From: Chiloscyllium plagiosum
Lineage: Eukaryota
Assembly: GCF_004010195.1 (NCBI RefSeq)
Contig: NC_057719.1
Span: 42,807,925-42,871,924 of the forward strand
Direction: 5' to 3'
DNA: 64,000 nt
Position 1 is the stretch's first letter, and every line of letters starts with the position of its first letter. The notes below the pieces were generated by a model. The model was not told where the DNA came from, ran no database searches, and saw only the letters and a list, made by a program, of their open reading frames with translations. This document shows, piece by piece, positions 1-11,804 of the stretch. Both the position numbers and the translations under genes were made by a program.

Positions 1-95
1 TTCCTGCTGAAGAGCTTTTGCCTGAAATGTCTATTTTCCTGCTCCTCAGATGCTGCCTGACCTGCTGTGCTTTTCCAGTGCCACACATTTCGACC
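1..95 (+). mobile_element. Penelope-like element terminal repeat, family A (degenerate)
   Basis: Matches the 3' end of the PLE at 22096-22184 (ctgatgaagggcttttgcc..gaaa..gatgctgcctgacctgctgtgcttttccagc). Confidence 0.75.
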
Positions 96-99
96 CCCA

Positions 100-935
100 T
101 ATCAGAAATTCCAGCAGGACCTTGATCAGCCCTTGGGCCAAGAAATGGCAAATAGATTTTAATATAGGTAAGTGTGAGGTCTTGCATTTTGGAAAGTCAG
201 ATCAAATTAGGGGTTTCATGGTGAATGGTAGGGCCTTAAGGAGTGTAGTGGAACAGAGGAACCTTGGAGTTCAGGTGCATGGTTCTCTGAAAGGGGAGTC
301 ACAGGTAGACAGGGCAGTGACAAAGGCTTTTGGCACATTGGCCTTCATCAGTCAGGGAACTGAGTATAGAAATTGGGAAGTTATGTTGCAGTTGTACACG
401 ACGTTGGTGAGGCCGCACTTGGAATATTGTGTTCAGTTTTGGTCACCTTGCTATAGAACAGATGTAATTGAACTGGAAAGAGTACAGAAGAAATTTACAA
501 GAATGTTGCCTGGACTCAGTAGTCTGAGTTATAGGGAGAGGTTGAACAATTTAAGTCTTTTTTTCTAAAGAGCATAGGAGTCTGAGGGAAGACATGATAG
601 AGGTGTATAAGATCATGAGAGGTATGGATAGGGTGAACACACTCAGTCTTTTTCCCAGGATTGGGGAATCGAGGACGAGAGGGCATCAGTTTAATTTTGG
701 AGGGAAAAGAATAAAGGGGAACCTGAGAGGCAACTTTTTTACACAGAAGGTGGTTAGCATATGGAATGAGTTGCTAACGGAAGTGATTGAGGCAGGTACA
801 TTAACAACATTTAAACGGCATTTGGACAAATACATGGATAGAAAAGGATTAGAAGGATATGGGCCAAGTGCAGGGAAATGGGGTAAGCATGGATGGATAG
901 TTTGGTCGGTATGGACCAATTTGGGTCAAAGGGCT
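100..935 (+). mobile_element. CR1-clade LINE 3' fragment
   Basis: ORF2 C-terminus KWQIDFNIGKCEVLHFG...[15 protein letters not shown]...FFTQKVVSIWNEL, with a frameshift near 565. Confidence 0.9.
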
Positions 936-949
936 TACCTCCTTGATGT

Positions 950-1475
950 AGGACTGGCTATTGAGGGAGTGCAGCGTAGGTTCACTAGGTCAATTCCTGG
1001 AATGGCAGTATTACCTTACACTGAAAGACTGAAGCGAGTGGGCTTGTATACCCTTGAGTTTCGAAGATTGAGAGGGCATCTGATTGAGACGTATAAGATT
1101 ATGAAAGGATTGGACACTCTGGCAGTAGGAAACATATTTCCACTGATGGGTGAGTGCCGAGGCAGAGGACACAGCTTAAAAATACGGGGTAGCCCATTTA
1201 GGACAGAGCTCAGGAGAAACCTCTTCACCCAGAGAGTAGTGGCTGTGTGGAATGCTCTACCCCAGAGGGCAGTGGAGGCCCACTCTCTGGATTCATTTAA
1301 GAAGGAGTTGGATAGAGCTCTCAAAGATAGTGAAATCAAGGGTTATGGAGATAAGGCAGGAACAGGATACTGATTAGGAATGATCAGCCATGATTATATT
1401 GAATGGCGGTGCAGGCTCGAAGGGCTGAATGGCCTACTCCTGCACCTATTGTCTATTGTCTATTGTCTATTGTCT
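950..1475 (+). mobile_element. CR1-clade LINE 3' end with (ATTGTCT)n tail, young family
   Basis: AIEGVQRRFTR...KGYGDKAGTGY* followed by a microsatellite tail. Near-identical to the reverse complement of 46283-46487. Confidence 0.9.
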
Positions 1476-2105
1476 AGTGGGGAGACGAAATGCAGACTTG
1501 GTGATCAGTTTGTGAATCACCTAACATTTGGTCCATAAAAAGGACACTGAGCGTCAGTTGCCTGCGATTTCAACACTCCACTGGGATCCCAGGTTAATGT
1601 TGCTGTCTCAGGCCTGCTGCAGAACTCTCGTGTGGCTCATTACAAGCTGGGGGAACTATACCTCTGCTGTGATACCTTACAGCCAGCACTCAACATCAAA
1701 TTTAATGATTTCAGAATGTGAACACCCAGATCAATGTTTGTTATCATGCCCCCACATCACTAAATCCTGTCTTGTATGTGTTGCTCCCAGCACAGTCAAT
1801 CCATTTTTAACCATTTACACTTCTCATTCGCACTCTATCTAGCATTTATCTCTTTCTTGGATCATCATTAGCAATCTATCTGTTTGCCTTTCTCTTTTTA
1901 GGCTCTCTTTCTCTCTGGGCTCCATCTCCAAGTACTCTATTCATTTTCTCTACCTCATCTTCAACATAAATACCATTCTTTCACCAGTTATTTTCAAATC
2001 TGATGAACAATCACTGGACTTGAAATATTAACTCTGTTTTGCTCTCCACACATGCTGCCAAGTCTTCTGAGTTTCTCTGGGACTTTCTGATTTTGTTTTT
2101 CTTCA
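1476..2105 (+). mobile_element. Decayed Penelope-like element 3' part (family B terminus)
   Basis: GETKCRLGDQFVNHL (GIY-YIG continuation), pyrimidine-rich UTR and a ctgatgaa..tcactggacttgaaatattaactctg terminus. Confidence 0.65.
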
Positions 2106-2729
2106 GTTCTCTGCCCAAAGGTAGGTCCAACCCAGTGCCACAACTGCCAGGATAGTTGGACTAGAAGGCAGGTGTGTTGGCACTGAACATTTTTAATGTT
2201 ACACCATCAAAGTATGGAACAATATTCTCTCCTTGTGCAGTGTCCTTGATGACTGAGGATTAATAATCGTGATTTATCCTATATTATCATTGATCCATCA
2301 CTGTGATCTGTAATTGTGTTGACAGCTTTTACCTCCAACAGGGTCACCTAACATAAAAAGTAGCCATGGGGAACATAGCACTGAAAGATTCGATAGATGT
2401 TTAATATACCTCCTGATATTTGTATATATAAATTACAATCACAGGCAGGTAAGTATCTGCCTAATACTAAGCTATTGAGTTATAAATAATAGCACACTGT
2501 GATCAGCATGTAGCCCCAGTTAAGATGCAGTCCAAGACATTTATATGTTCAAGGCATGTTTAACATGTCTCTGAAAGCTTTACAGTATACTGGCTGTCAT
2601 TATAACACAACAATCACCTTGAATCAAAGGTAATGAGAAAGGGTCCAAGAACTACATCAGCTGGTATGGGGATTGAACCCAAGCTGTTGGTGTTATTATG
2701 TAAAAGACTCTAAGCATATTCTCTGTACA

Positions 2730-3290
2730 CTCAAACACACTTTACCAAAACGCACACACACATACAACTCCATGGAGTGAATTTGCATTTGCAGATTTGT
2801 ATTTGCAGATACATTCTATTTTGTTCAAAAAGCACATAATCTGTAGGCAGTCAGTTCATCTGACATTTTATTAATTCCTACTTTGAAATAGAACCAGTCT
2901 GACTCAAAGTTGACAGACTCTAACCTCATGCCTTTAATGCATTTTCTGAGCAGAGATGTCACTTTTTTTATAAAAACTAAAGTTATTTCGGGACTGTGAC
3001 TTGAAAGAAGTTCTGGGATTTACATATTAATTAACCGAAACTTGAATCCCTATTCTGAGTGATTAAAGACTTAATAGCAATCTAGGTTTGTTTAATATAT
3101 CGCATCAGTTGTATGACATTTGACCTTTACTATAAATTCTGTGTCCTATGTCCTGTCCCAATCATTACCTGATAAAGGAGCAGTGCTCTGAAAGCTTGTA
3201 CTTTGCAATAAACCTGTTGGACTTTCAGCTGGTTTTGAGTGATTTTTAACTTTGTCCATCCTGGTCTAACACCAGCAACTCCACATCTCG
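2730..3290 (+). mobile_element. Penelope-like element 3' region (family C terminus)
   Basis: Ends cctgataaaggagcagtgctctgaaagcttg...aataaacctgttggact, the same terminus as 8098-8310 and 38869-38960. Confidence 0.65.
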
Positions 3291-3559
3291 GCATCTAAAT
3301 TAGCAAGCCCCCGGGAAGCTATATTGCTGAAGAATTACCAAAGACTTATTTCAGGGATTTCATTAAGCTGTCATAAAATCTAGTAGTTCACTTTCTCTTG
3401 CCTTCATATTTTTAATTTAGCATTTATCCTAATCTTCTCTGTTCGGTAGTTCTGTATTTCTAAAGCATAAATATTATACTTTGTTTGACTTATTTTTACG
3501 TACTGTTCTATGTTCTACTGTGCTCTTAATATTTTTTTTAATATCTTTTACTACCACAG

Positions 3560-3683
3560 GGTGAAATCTTGCTTCGTGAATTAGAGAAATTGCCATCAAA
3601 AAATGTTAGTGTGCGCATTGCATCAAGTACGCTTTCCTTTCCACATCAATTTTCCACTGATCTCAAAATTCTAAAAGAGAAAG
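3560..3683 (+). CDS. PLD4: PLD4 (5'-3' exonuclease, phospholipase D family) internal coding exon, first in window
   Basis: ctaccacAG acceptor and GTgag donor. Translates GEILLRELEKLPSKNVSVRIASSTLSFPHQFSTDLKILKEK+G, matching PLD4 GEALLQKL...NISLAVA...STDLQVL. Phase 0/1. Confidence 0.9.
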
Positions 3684-3949
3684 GTGAGAATTATAATACT
3701 TATTAACTAATTTAATTTTCTTTGGTAAGTTTCAGTGTATGTGGGACAAGGAGAACATTGCTGCATTAGGCATCTTGGACTCTAAAGAATGCAATTGAAG
3801 TGGAATGATGAGATGGATCTGGGTTGGGAAGGGGATCGGAACACAGCAGACACTTACTTTTTGATGTTATATGTTGTTGAATGTTTCTATTTCTGATGAA
3901 GCAAGGAACAGAAGATTTAATCCATTGTTCCAGGTGCAATAGTCTTCCT

Positions 3950-4089
3950 GTATTCACGGAGTTGAAGCTAACAGAGCCTGCACAAAATAAGAGTTGAGGC
4001 CTGGGGTAGTTAAGCCATGATCTTATGGAATGGTAGGGCAGTCATGAGGAACTGAATGGCCAATTCCTGCTTCTATTTTTTAGGTTCTA
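3950..4089 (+). mobile_element. 140-bp CR1 3'-end insertion with 22-bp flanking direct repeat
   Basis: ttccaggtgcaatagtcttcct at 3928-3949 and 4090-4111. The insert is a close copy of 5747-5886. Confidence 0.85.
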
Positions 4090-5169
4090 TTCCAGGTGCA
4101 ATAGTCTTCCTCGTAACACATACTATGATAAGTTTATGTTGCTAAAATGTAAGTTTTTATGTTTACTTTACAGCCTGCTGACCTGTTATGTATTTCCAGA
4201 CATTTGTTTAATTTAAGATTTTAGCATTTTCACCTTTTCTTGCTTTTATATGCAGGTAATGTAAGGGAGTTAACCAAATCATTTTAGATATGTTGGGCTG
4301 AATCTTACCTTTCTAGGCAAAGTACAAGTTGTTTCATGATTTATGGAGGGATTTTCATCATGAGGGATAGCATGATTTCTTACCAAAAGCATCTCAGTAA
4401 CTACCTACCCTGCTCCTGTGGTGATTCTTATGTCTAATTTCAACAGCATCTTACCACACATTCTTCCTGGGATAACTTAGTACTCAGTGGACACCTGCTG
4501 AAAGATAGCTTGCATTATTGATGATAGGCCACTGTGCAACCAGACAAGCTTTAGTAATGTGGCATTGCCCCTCACCGGCAGTATAATGGGCACAGTAATC
4601 ACCAAACCATGATGTCCATAACATATAGTCAACATTAATGACACATTACTGCGTGTATAATCCCACCAGTTTCTCACACTAGTCACTCTTTAACCACCAG
4701 GCCATACACTTTACCTGTGCTTACCATCTCAACACCTTCTGCAAATGCACAGCAGCCATTCACACTTTGTCACAGTCCAGTGCGGGAACATCAGACACCC
4801 ACAAGCAATCAGACTAGTCCTAGCATGAACTTGTATTGACAGCCAACAAAAGTTAACACAAAGGAAATGGATACAGGCTACAGTTTGCAATCACAATGCA
4901 ATCCAAATGACAGATGAATCTTGACAAGTCAAGATGGTGTCCTTCACCCAGCTTGCAGCTACTGGAACTCGAATGTCAAACACACCATCTCTTGTAGAGC
5001 CCAATACAACTGAGCACTGCTATCCACAAAGAGAATTTTCTCAAGCTCATCCTTTTCCTCGGATGACTGCTCCTGTTTCCCAGCTCCTTAGCATCTATCA
5101 CATCATTTCATTTCTTGCTCCAAATGTGCAGAGCACAACATTCCAGAACTCTCTGTCCAGACTACACTT

Positions 5170-5886
5170 GAGGGCAGGCTATTAATTAAATGGAAAAAGA
5201 CTCCAAAAAAGTGCAGTGCACAGTCATTTCATTCTTGTGTATGAAACACAGGAAGTTAGCATGCTTGTGCAGCAAGTAGTTAAGAAGGCAAATTGAATTT
5301 TGGTCTTTTTTGCTCAGATGTTTAAAAAATTTAAAAACAGGGAAAGATGTTGATGAGGCCACACCTAAAATACTGTGTACAGTTTTGGTCACCATATTTA
5401 AGAAAGGATTTGCTTGCATTGGAGGCAGTTCAAAAGAGATTCACCAAACTCATTCCTGGGATGAAGAGATTACAGGTTAGGCATGTATTCATTACAATTT
5501 AGAAGAATCAAGGGTAATCTAATTGAAACATACAAGATTTTGAATGGGCTTCAGAGGGTAGATATTTTCACTATTGGGTGAATCTGAACTGGGTGATATA
5601 GTTATTGAAGAAGAAAACATCATTTAAGACTGAGATGTGAAGGAACGTCTCTCAGAAGATAGTTCATGTATGGAATTTTCTATCTCAGAGAGAGGTGTAA
5701 GTTAGATCACTGAAGTATCTAAAGAGTAGGTAGATGGATTTTTGAAGTATTCACGGAGTTGAAGCTAACAGAGCCAGCACAAAATAAGAGTTGAGGCCTA
5801 GGGTATCTAAACCATGATCTTATGGAATGGTAGGGCAGTCATGAGGAACTGAATGGCCAATTCCTGCTTCTATTCTTATGTTCTTA
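5170..5886 (+). mobile_element. Old CR1 3' fragment
   Basis: Decayed RPHLKYCVQFWSP, LEAVQKRFTKLIPG and gaatggcc..ttcctgcttctatt tail. Confidence 0.8.
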
Positions 5887-5889
5887 TTA

Positions 5890-6020
5890 CAACATTGCAC
5901 TTTGTGGAAGTTTGCTGCTTGGAGATTGGCTGTCATATGTCAACATGACAAAAGTGACTACGCATTCACAGTAATTCATTGGTTGTGAAAGGCAATATAT
6001 AATTCTAACTTCTTTCATTC
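5890..6020 (+). mobile_element. DeuSINE-like (SacSINE/AmnSINE-type) central and 3' fragment; a similar relic lies at ~30885-31035
   Basis: attggctg...acaaaagtgactac..ttca..gtaattcattggttgtgaaaggc..tatataa resembles the Deu domain and L2-derived tail as recalled. Confidence 0.45.
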
Positions 6021-6177
6021 TTTTAAATTGAGTCCCAAGCTTGTGGAGGTCAAAGTATTTCTGCATGAATCAGTATAAGTGAAATTTCACATTCACATTT
6101 ATCTCTGATGCTCTGTTGCTGCAGATATCCACTCATCAGAGAAATTTTAATATGAAATGTCTTCCGTTCTACATGAG

Positions 6178-6520
6178 GCCAGCATGGTGACTCAGTGGTT
6201 AGCACTGCTGCCTCACAGCACCAGGGACCCGGCTCCATCCTAAGGAGTTTGCACACTCTACCTGTGTCTGTGTGGGTTTCCTCCAAGTACTTTGGTTTCC
6301 TCCCAAAGTCCAAAGATGGGCAGGTTATGTGGATCGGTTGAGCTAAATTACCTATAGTGCCCAGGGATGTACAAGCTAAAAAAGCTAGGTGAATTAGCCA
6401 TAGGAAATGTGGGGTTATAGAGTGGGGGGGGGGGGGGGGGGGGGTAGGATGCTCTTCAGAAGACCAGTGTGGACTCAATGGGTCGAATGGCCTACTACCA
6501 CACTAGAGGGATTGTATGAG
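6178..6520 (+). mobile_element. tRNA-derived HE1-like SINE
   Basis: A-box ggtgactcagtggttagcactgctgcctcacag, body gtgggtttcctcc..tccaaagatg and CR1-like tail gggattgtatg. Internal poly-G. Confidence 0.85.
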
Positions 6521-6835
6521 CCTGGATGGGGGAGAACTTTGATAAACTATCTGAAATATTTGCTGCAGTTTTATTGATAGAATTATAATGGCAACATTTG
6601 TTGAGGAAGAAGTTTGAATTTGGGAGAAAATCTTTCCTAATATAATGAATTTTTAACAATAAATAATGTTCTGGACATAAAAGACAAAAAAACAAGTAAA
6701 GAAAGTTAGATAAATATTACTTATAAATGTTCTTTTTTCCAAAAACCTATATTAATTTGATATTACTTGGAGAGCAAACAATGTAGAATTTGGAACTGAT
6801 GCTCCATATTTTGACCAAATTGTCTTAAATTACAG

Positions 6836-6963
6836 GCATCCATGTAAGGAAAGTAAACTTTCAAAAGTTATTGAGTGGTGTACTTCACACAAAACTCTGG
6901 ATTGTTGATAAGAAACATATTTATATTGGCAGTGCTAATATGGATTGGAGAGCACTAACTCAG
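6836..6963 (+). CDS. PLD4: PLD4 exon with first HKD motif
   Basis: ttacAG acceptor. Translates (G)[42 protein letters not shown], with HxKxxxxD at 6886-6909. Donor is GCaagt. Confidence 0.95.
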
Positions 6964-7394
6964 GCAAGTATAGCACCTAGTCCACGGTTAAGCAGCCCTA
7001 TTAATTATTGTGTTTCTGACATCCTACATCTCAGTTAATAATGTGTTAATTTTTGTAACAAGTTGTTACATCTATTTATCCTCAATCTCTGATTCTGACG
7101 GAAGGAGGGCAGGAGTCTTATCCAAGTCTTGTCTTTAGTTATCAAATGTTTGTGCAATACATTATGCTGATCGTATTGGGAGGGTTTACATTAAGTTTGG
7201 TATGGGGAATGGGGTTCAGACAAGATACAGCTGGAGTAAAATTGTAAGTGAAAATTCAAAACAAAGAATTAATGGAATGCAGAAGAAACAAAGATTAGAA
7301 TTTAAAAAAAACAGAGTTGGCAGTGATCAAGGGTATCTATAACAATGCAAGGAGTATGGAAAATAACATAGATAAATTGATAGAGCAAAAGTAC

Positions 7395-8900
7395 ATAGGA
7401 ACAGGACTGTTCCATTCTGCATATTGAGCCCACTCTGCCATTCACTATCATCACTAATCAAACATTTCAATGCCTTTTACCCACATTATCCAATAATTCT
7501 TTAAACCATTAGTAATCAAGAATCTATCAATCTTGACTTTAAATATACTCACTCAGCTTCCTCAGCCTCTGGGATAGAGAATTTGAAAGATTCACCATCC
7601 TTTGAGTTAAAGAATGTTTCCTTATCCAAATTCTAAATGGAATCCCCTTATTTTTAAATTGTGCTCCTGGTTCTAGATTCTCCAACCAGAGGAAACATCT
7701 TACTTGTATCTATTCAGTCTATCTCTTTAAGTACTTTGCAGCTTTCAACTATATCACCTCTCTGTCTTTAAAAATCTAGAGAATACAGGCTCAGTCTATC
7801 CAATCTCTCTTCATAAGACAGTCTCCACATTGCAGAAACAAGTCTGGTGAATTTTCATTTAACTCTCTCTCTGGTAATAGTACCTTTTCCTCAAGTTCGA
7901 TGTTTTTCTTAACTCCTTTCGTTAACTGTAGATGGTGGGTCCTCCCTTCAAGATGGTTCTTGGTAGCAGGAATATATTTATTCTGGATACTCAAATATTC
8001 CCTAAAATGTTTGCTACTACATCTCGATTAATCTGTTCCCCGAGTCTTTTATATCACTTCACTTCAGCTCGATCAATTTTCATGCCCTTATAGGTGCCAA
8101 GTTAAAAATCACACAACACCAGATTATGGTCCAACAAGTTCAATTGGAAGCACTAACTTTAGGAGCACTGCTCTCTCATCAGGTGGTTTGAGGAGCAGCA
8201 CTCTGAAAGCTAGTGCTTCCAATTAAACCTGTTGGACTATAACCTGGTGTTTGTGTGATATTTTTAACTTTGTATACCCCAGTCCAACACCGGCATCTCC
8301 AAATCATGACTTATAATTGATGTTAGAGTCATAAAGGCCTTCAACATAGAAGAGGCTTCTTAAGCCATCGCATCTACACTGGTCAAAAACAACTACCTAA
8401 CTATTCTAATCCCATTTTACAACACTTGACCATAGCCTTTGCAAGTACACATATAAATACTTCTTAAATGGTATAAGGGTTTCTGCCTCTACCACTCTTA
8501 CAGGCATCAGTTCCAGATTTCACCACCCACTGAGTGAAAAAAAATCCTTATATCCCCTTTAAACCCTCTACCCTTGACCTTAAGTCTATGCCCCATTCAT
8601 CAAGCCCTCCACCAAGGGGGAAAAGTTCCTTCCTCTCTACCTTATCTATGTCCCTCATAATTTGTACATATCAAGCTCAGCTCCAAGGAAAGCAACCCTA
8701 GTCTATCCAATTTCTCTTCATAACTAAAACTCTCCAGTTCAGGCGACATTCTGACAAATCGCCTTTGCACCCTCTCCAGTGCAATCACATCTCTCCCATA
8801 ATGTGGATTCCAGAACTGTACATAGTAATCCAGCTGTGGCCTTACTGACATTCTATACAGTCCCAGCATAACCTCCATGCTCTTAAATTCTCTGCCTTTT
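7395..8900 (-). mobile_element. Cluster of decayed CR1 fragments (two 3' ends, ~7395-7880 and ~8320-8900)
   Basis: ORF 8642-8878 VRPQLDYYVQFWNP..ALERVQRRF and CR1-type 3' UTRs. Confidence 0.75.
8098..8310. mobile_element. Palindromic PLE family C mini-element
   Basis: aagttaaaaatcacacaacaccag..gtccaacaag is inverted to ..cctgttggactataacctggtg..tttttaactt. Centre carries ctgatgaga..gagcagtgctcc on -. Confidence 0.75.
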
Positions 8901-10381
8901 ATTTAGGTATAAAATATTAGTTAGACCCAATCTTCCTTTTAAACTGACATAAAGTTCAATCATATTGTGTTAACTGCTACCTAGTAGCTTATAACATTAG
9001 CAGGCTGAAAACAGACAAGGGTCTTAGGAGGAAAAAGGTAAAAATAGGAAGAGAACCAATTTCAATAATTTGATACGGAATTTGGAACAGCTGGATTGGA
9101 AATGAAGGTAAGCCAAAAAAAGAGTAAATGTGCAGAAAGTTTACTGAATTATTTACTGAATGACCCCCAAATAAAGAAATGGCTAACAACAAGATATCAC
9201 TTTTTTGCAAATGTTATTTTAGTATGAATCAAAGCTAATGCAAATAGCACATTAACAACAGGCAAGATGCTTCAAAGAAAAAGATAAATTTCACTTTAAT
9301 ACATTGATACAACAACAGTTTATCTTAGAAGACTTTGCACCATTTCCTACCCAGGCCCTGCCTCACAAATGTTGACAATATGTAACGACAAACCTACACC
9401 TTCTGATGTTCTTTATTCTCATAGGTAAGCTCAAGAGAGTTCTATCTGGCAACAGCTTTCATCTTTCAGCTTCATGGATGTGATTATCATCAGTTAAGCT
9501 CATTTCTATTACCTCTCTTGGGCCATGTAGTCCTGATGGTGTAATTAGAAAAGCAAAGGGAGGGCATGAAAGAATACTGTCAAGCAAAATCAATGTGAAT
9601 CCTAAGATGTTTTGTCAACACATGAAGGGTAAGAGAATAACTAAGAAAGAGTAGGACCCATAGAACACTAAGCAGGCAACTTAGATACAGAGGCAGAAAA
9701 CTTTAGTGTGGTTCTTACTTAATACTTTCCATCAGTCTTCACAAAAGAGAGTAGTGCAAATATTGTAGTAAAGGAGGAAGTATGTAACATATTGGACATG
9801 ATAATCACAGGGAATGGAGAAGTATGAATGGGATTAGCATCCCTGAAAGTGGATCAATCAACAGAATTAGTTGGAATGTACTCCAGACTCTTGAAAAGAA
9901 CCAGGGAAGAAATAGGAAGAAATCTGACCAATCCTCGTCAGATATGGATGTGATTGTGGAGGATTAAAGGATTGCAGATATTGTACCCTCATTTAAAAAG
10001 AGAGCAAGGAATAGGCCAAATATTTATTGGCAGGTAAGTCTATTCTCAGCAGTGGGAAAATGATCAAAATCAATTCTGAGACAGAAGATATACTATCACT
10101 TAGAACAGCACGGATTAATCAAGAATAGTCAGCATGGATTTGCTATAGGGAGTTTATGGCTGACCAATGTGAATTTTTTGTGGAAATAATATTGATAAGA
10201 GTAGCGCAGCTGAAGGAGGTCCACTTGAATTTAGTGAGGCTTTTAACAAAGTCCTGTCAGTGACTGGTTAAAGGAATAAAAGCACATGGGATTCAGGGAA
10301 TGTAGCAAGCTGGACTCAAATTTGGCTCAGTGGAATTGTCAGTGATTGTTTTTGCGTCTGGAAGGCTGTTTCTAGTGGATA

Positions 10382-10590
10382 AAGTGAGGTCTGCAGATGC
10401 TGGAGATCAGAGCTGAAAATGTGTTGCTGGAACAGTGCAGCAGGTCAGGCAGCATCCAGGGAACAGGAGAATCGACGTTTCGGGCATAAGCCATTCCTGA
10501 AGAAGGGCTTATGCCCGAAACGTTGATTCTCCTGTTCCCTGGATGCTGCCTGACCTACTGCGCTGTTCCAGCAACACATTTTCAGCTCTG
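10382..10590. mobile_element. Palindromic PLE family A mini-element with 16-bp TSD and hammerhead core
   Basis: 85-bp inverted arms at 10408-10492 and 10506-10590. TSD ctgtttctagtggata at 10366-10381 and 10588-10603. Confidence 0.9.
10497..10524 (+). ncRNA. Putative minimal hammerhead ribozyme core
   Basis: CTGAAGA-A-GGGC(TTAT)GCCC-GAAA-CG-TT: CUGANGA box, stem II, GAAA box, palindromic ACGT stem III and UH site. Confidence 0.65.
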
Positions 10591-11804
10591 TTTCTAGTGG
10601 ATAGCTTGTTATGATGGGATGAGGAAGGATAATCGGCTCAGTCTTTGTAACTTTCTCTCTGGGTTGTGACAAATATTTTCATCTCTTCTTATCACACAGT
10701 TGTCACACTTCATTACTAGCTTGCTGTAAAATGGAAGAATCAATTTATAAAGTTTTGTTGAGTGAAAGCAAGAGGCATTTTATCATCTACTAACCCTAAG
10801 AAGAGATAATAAAATGAAATATCACACACACAGGCAAGCACACAGGTAATAGGTCTTTTTTTAGAAAAGTTCATTGTATAGTATAAGCGGGGAGAATCAA
10901 AGTTAAACATTTTATAGAAGGGCTTAGAGTTCTTGAGTTATTAGATTAATCTGAGACCATGGTTGTTTAATGGCTGACTTGTATCCTCAGCAGTAGCAGA
11001 ATCTTTTGATATTTTTGATTCTTTGATGAATTGTTGTGTTTTCATCGTGTGCTGTTTTAAGCTGATGAGAGAAATGGCAGGTAGAGAGAGGGTCTATTAG
11101 TTCTTGCTCACAAATCCAGTTTTCCTTGTCTCTACTCTGCTGCTCAAAAACATAATTTGAAATATAGTTCAGTGTGTTTTCCAAAATCTAGCTCATTCTC
11201 CAAGCTGGTTATCTGGCAGGTAACCTTTCATCTCCCATTGTGTCAAATTCTCATACAAGTGTGATTTAAAACAGGAGATGCTTTTTTTCAAAAAATCACT
11301 GACCTAATTGCCTGATTGTGGTGTCTTTAGATATAAATTGTCATTCCAGTGCATAAAACTTCATTTATTCCATATAGATCTCACAAAGTATGTTGTAAGC
11401 AGTGGTCATGTGACAATTACAACCATTTGATGTTCATATTTTTTCCATCTTTAAAAACCATTTATTCCTCGAATGGTCTCAGGTTTAACAATTAGATCAT
11501 TGAAGTTATAATTCGTTATTTATTCCTATAGTAAGAAACTGTGGACAGCAGGAAGGTATCATTGGACTGATCAGGTGGGCAGAAAGTGGCAAATGGAAAT
11601 CAGGCCAGAAAGTGTGAGGTAAATGCATTTGGAGAGATTAACAAGGCAAAGGGACATAGAACTAATAGGAAAATATTAAGAGGCATAGATGAAGTGAGGG
11701 ACCCTGGAGTGAATATTGATAGGTAATATTGAAGGTAACATGTTTGGTTGATAAGGTGGTTAAGAAGACATAAGGAATAATTTCCTTTATTAGTATAGAC
11801 ACAG

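Noticed and set aside
594..1373. 259-aa ORF as a host gene
   Set aside because: Chance in-frame fusion of two adjacent CR1 3' fragments; the same ORF2 C-terminal region appears twice.
6968..6969. Canonical GT donor for the HKD exon
   Set aside because: It adds 4 nt and breaks the frame with the VKELG exon, and its context is weaker than CAG|GCAAGT.
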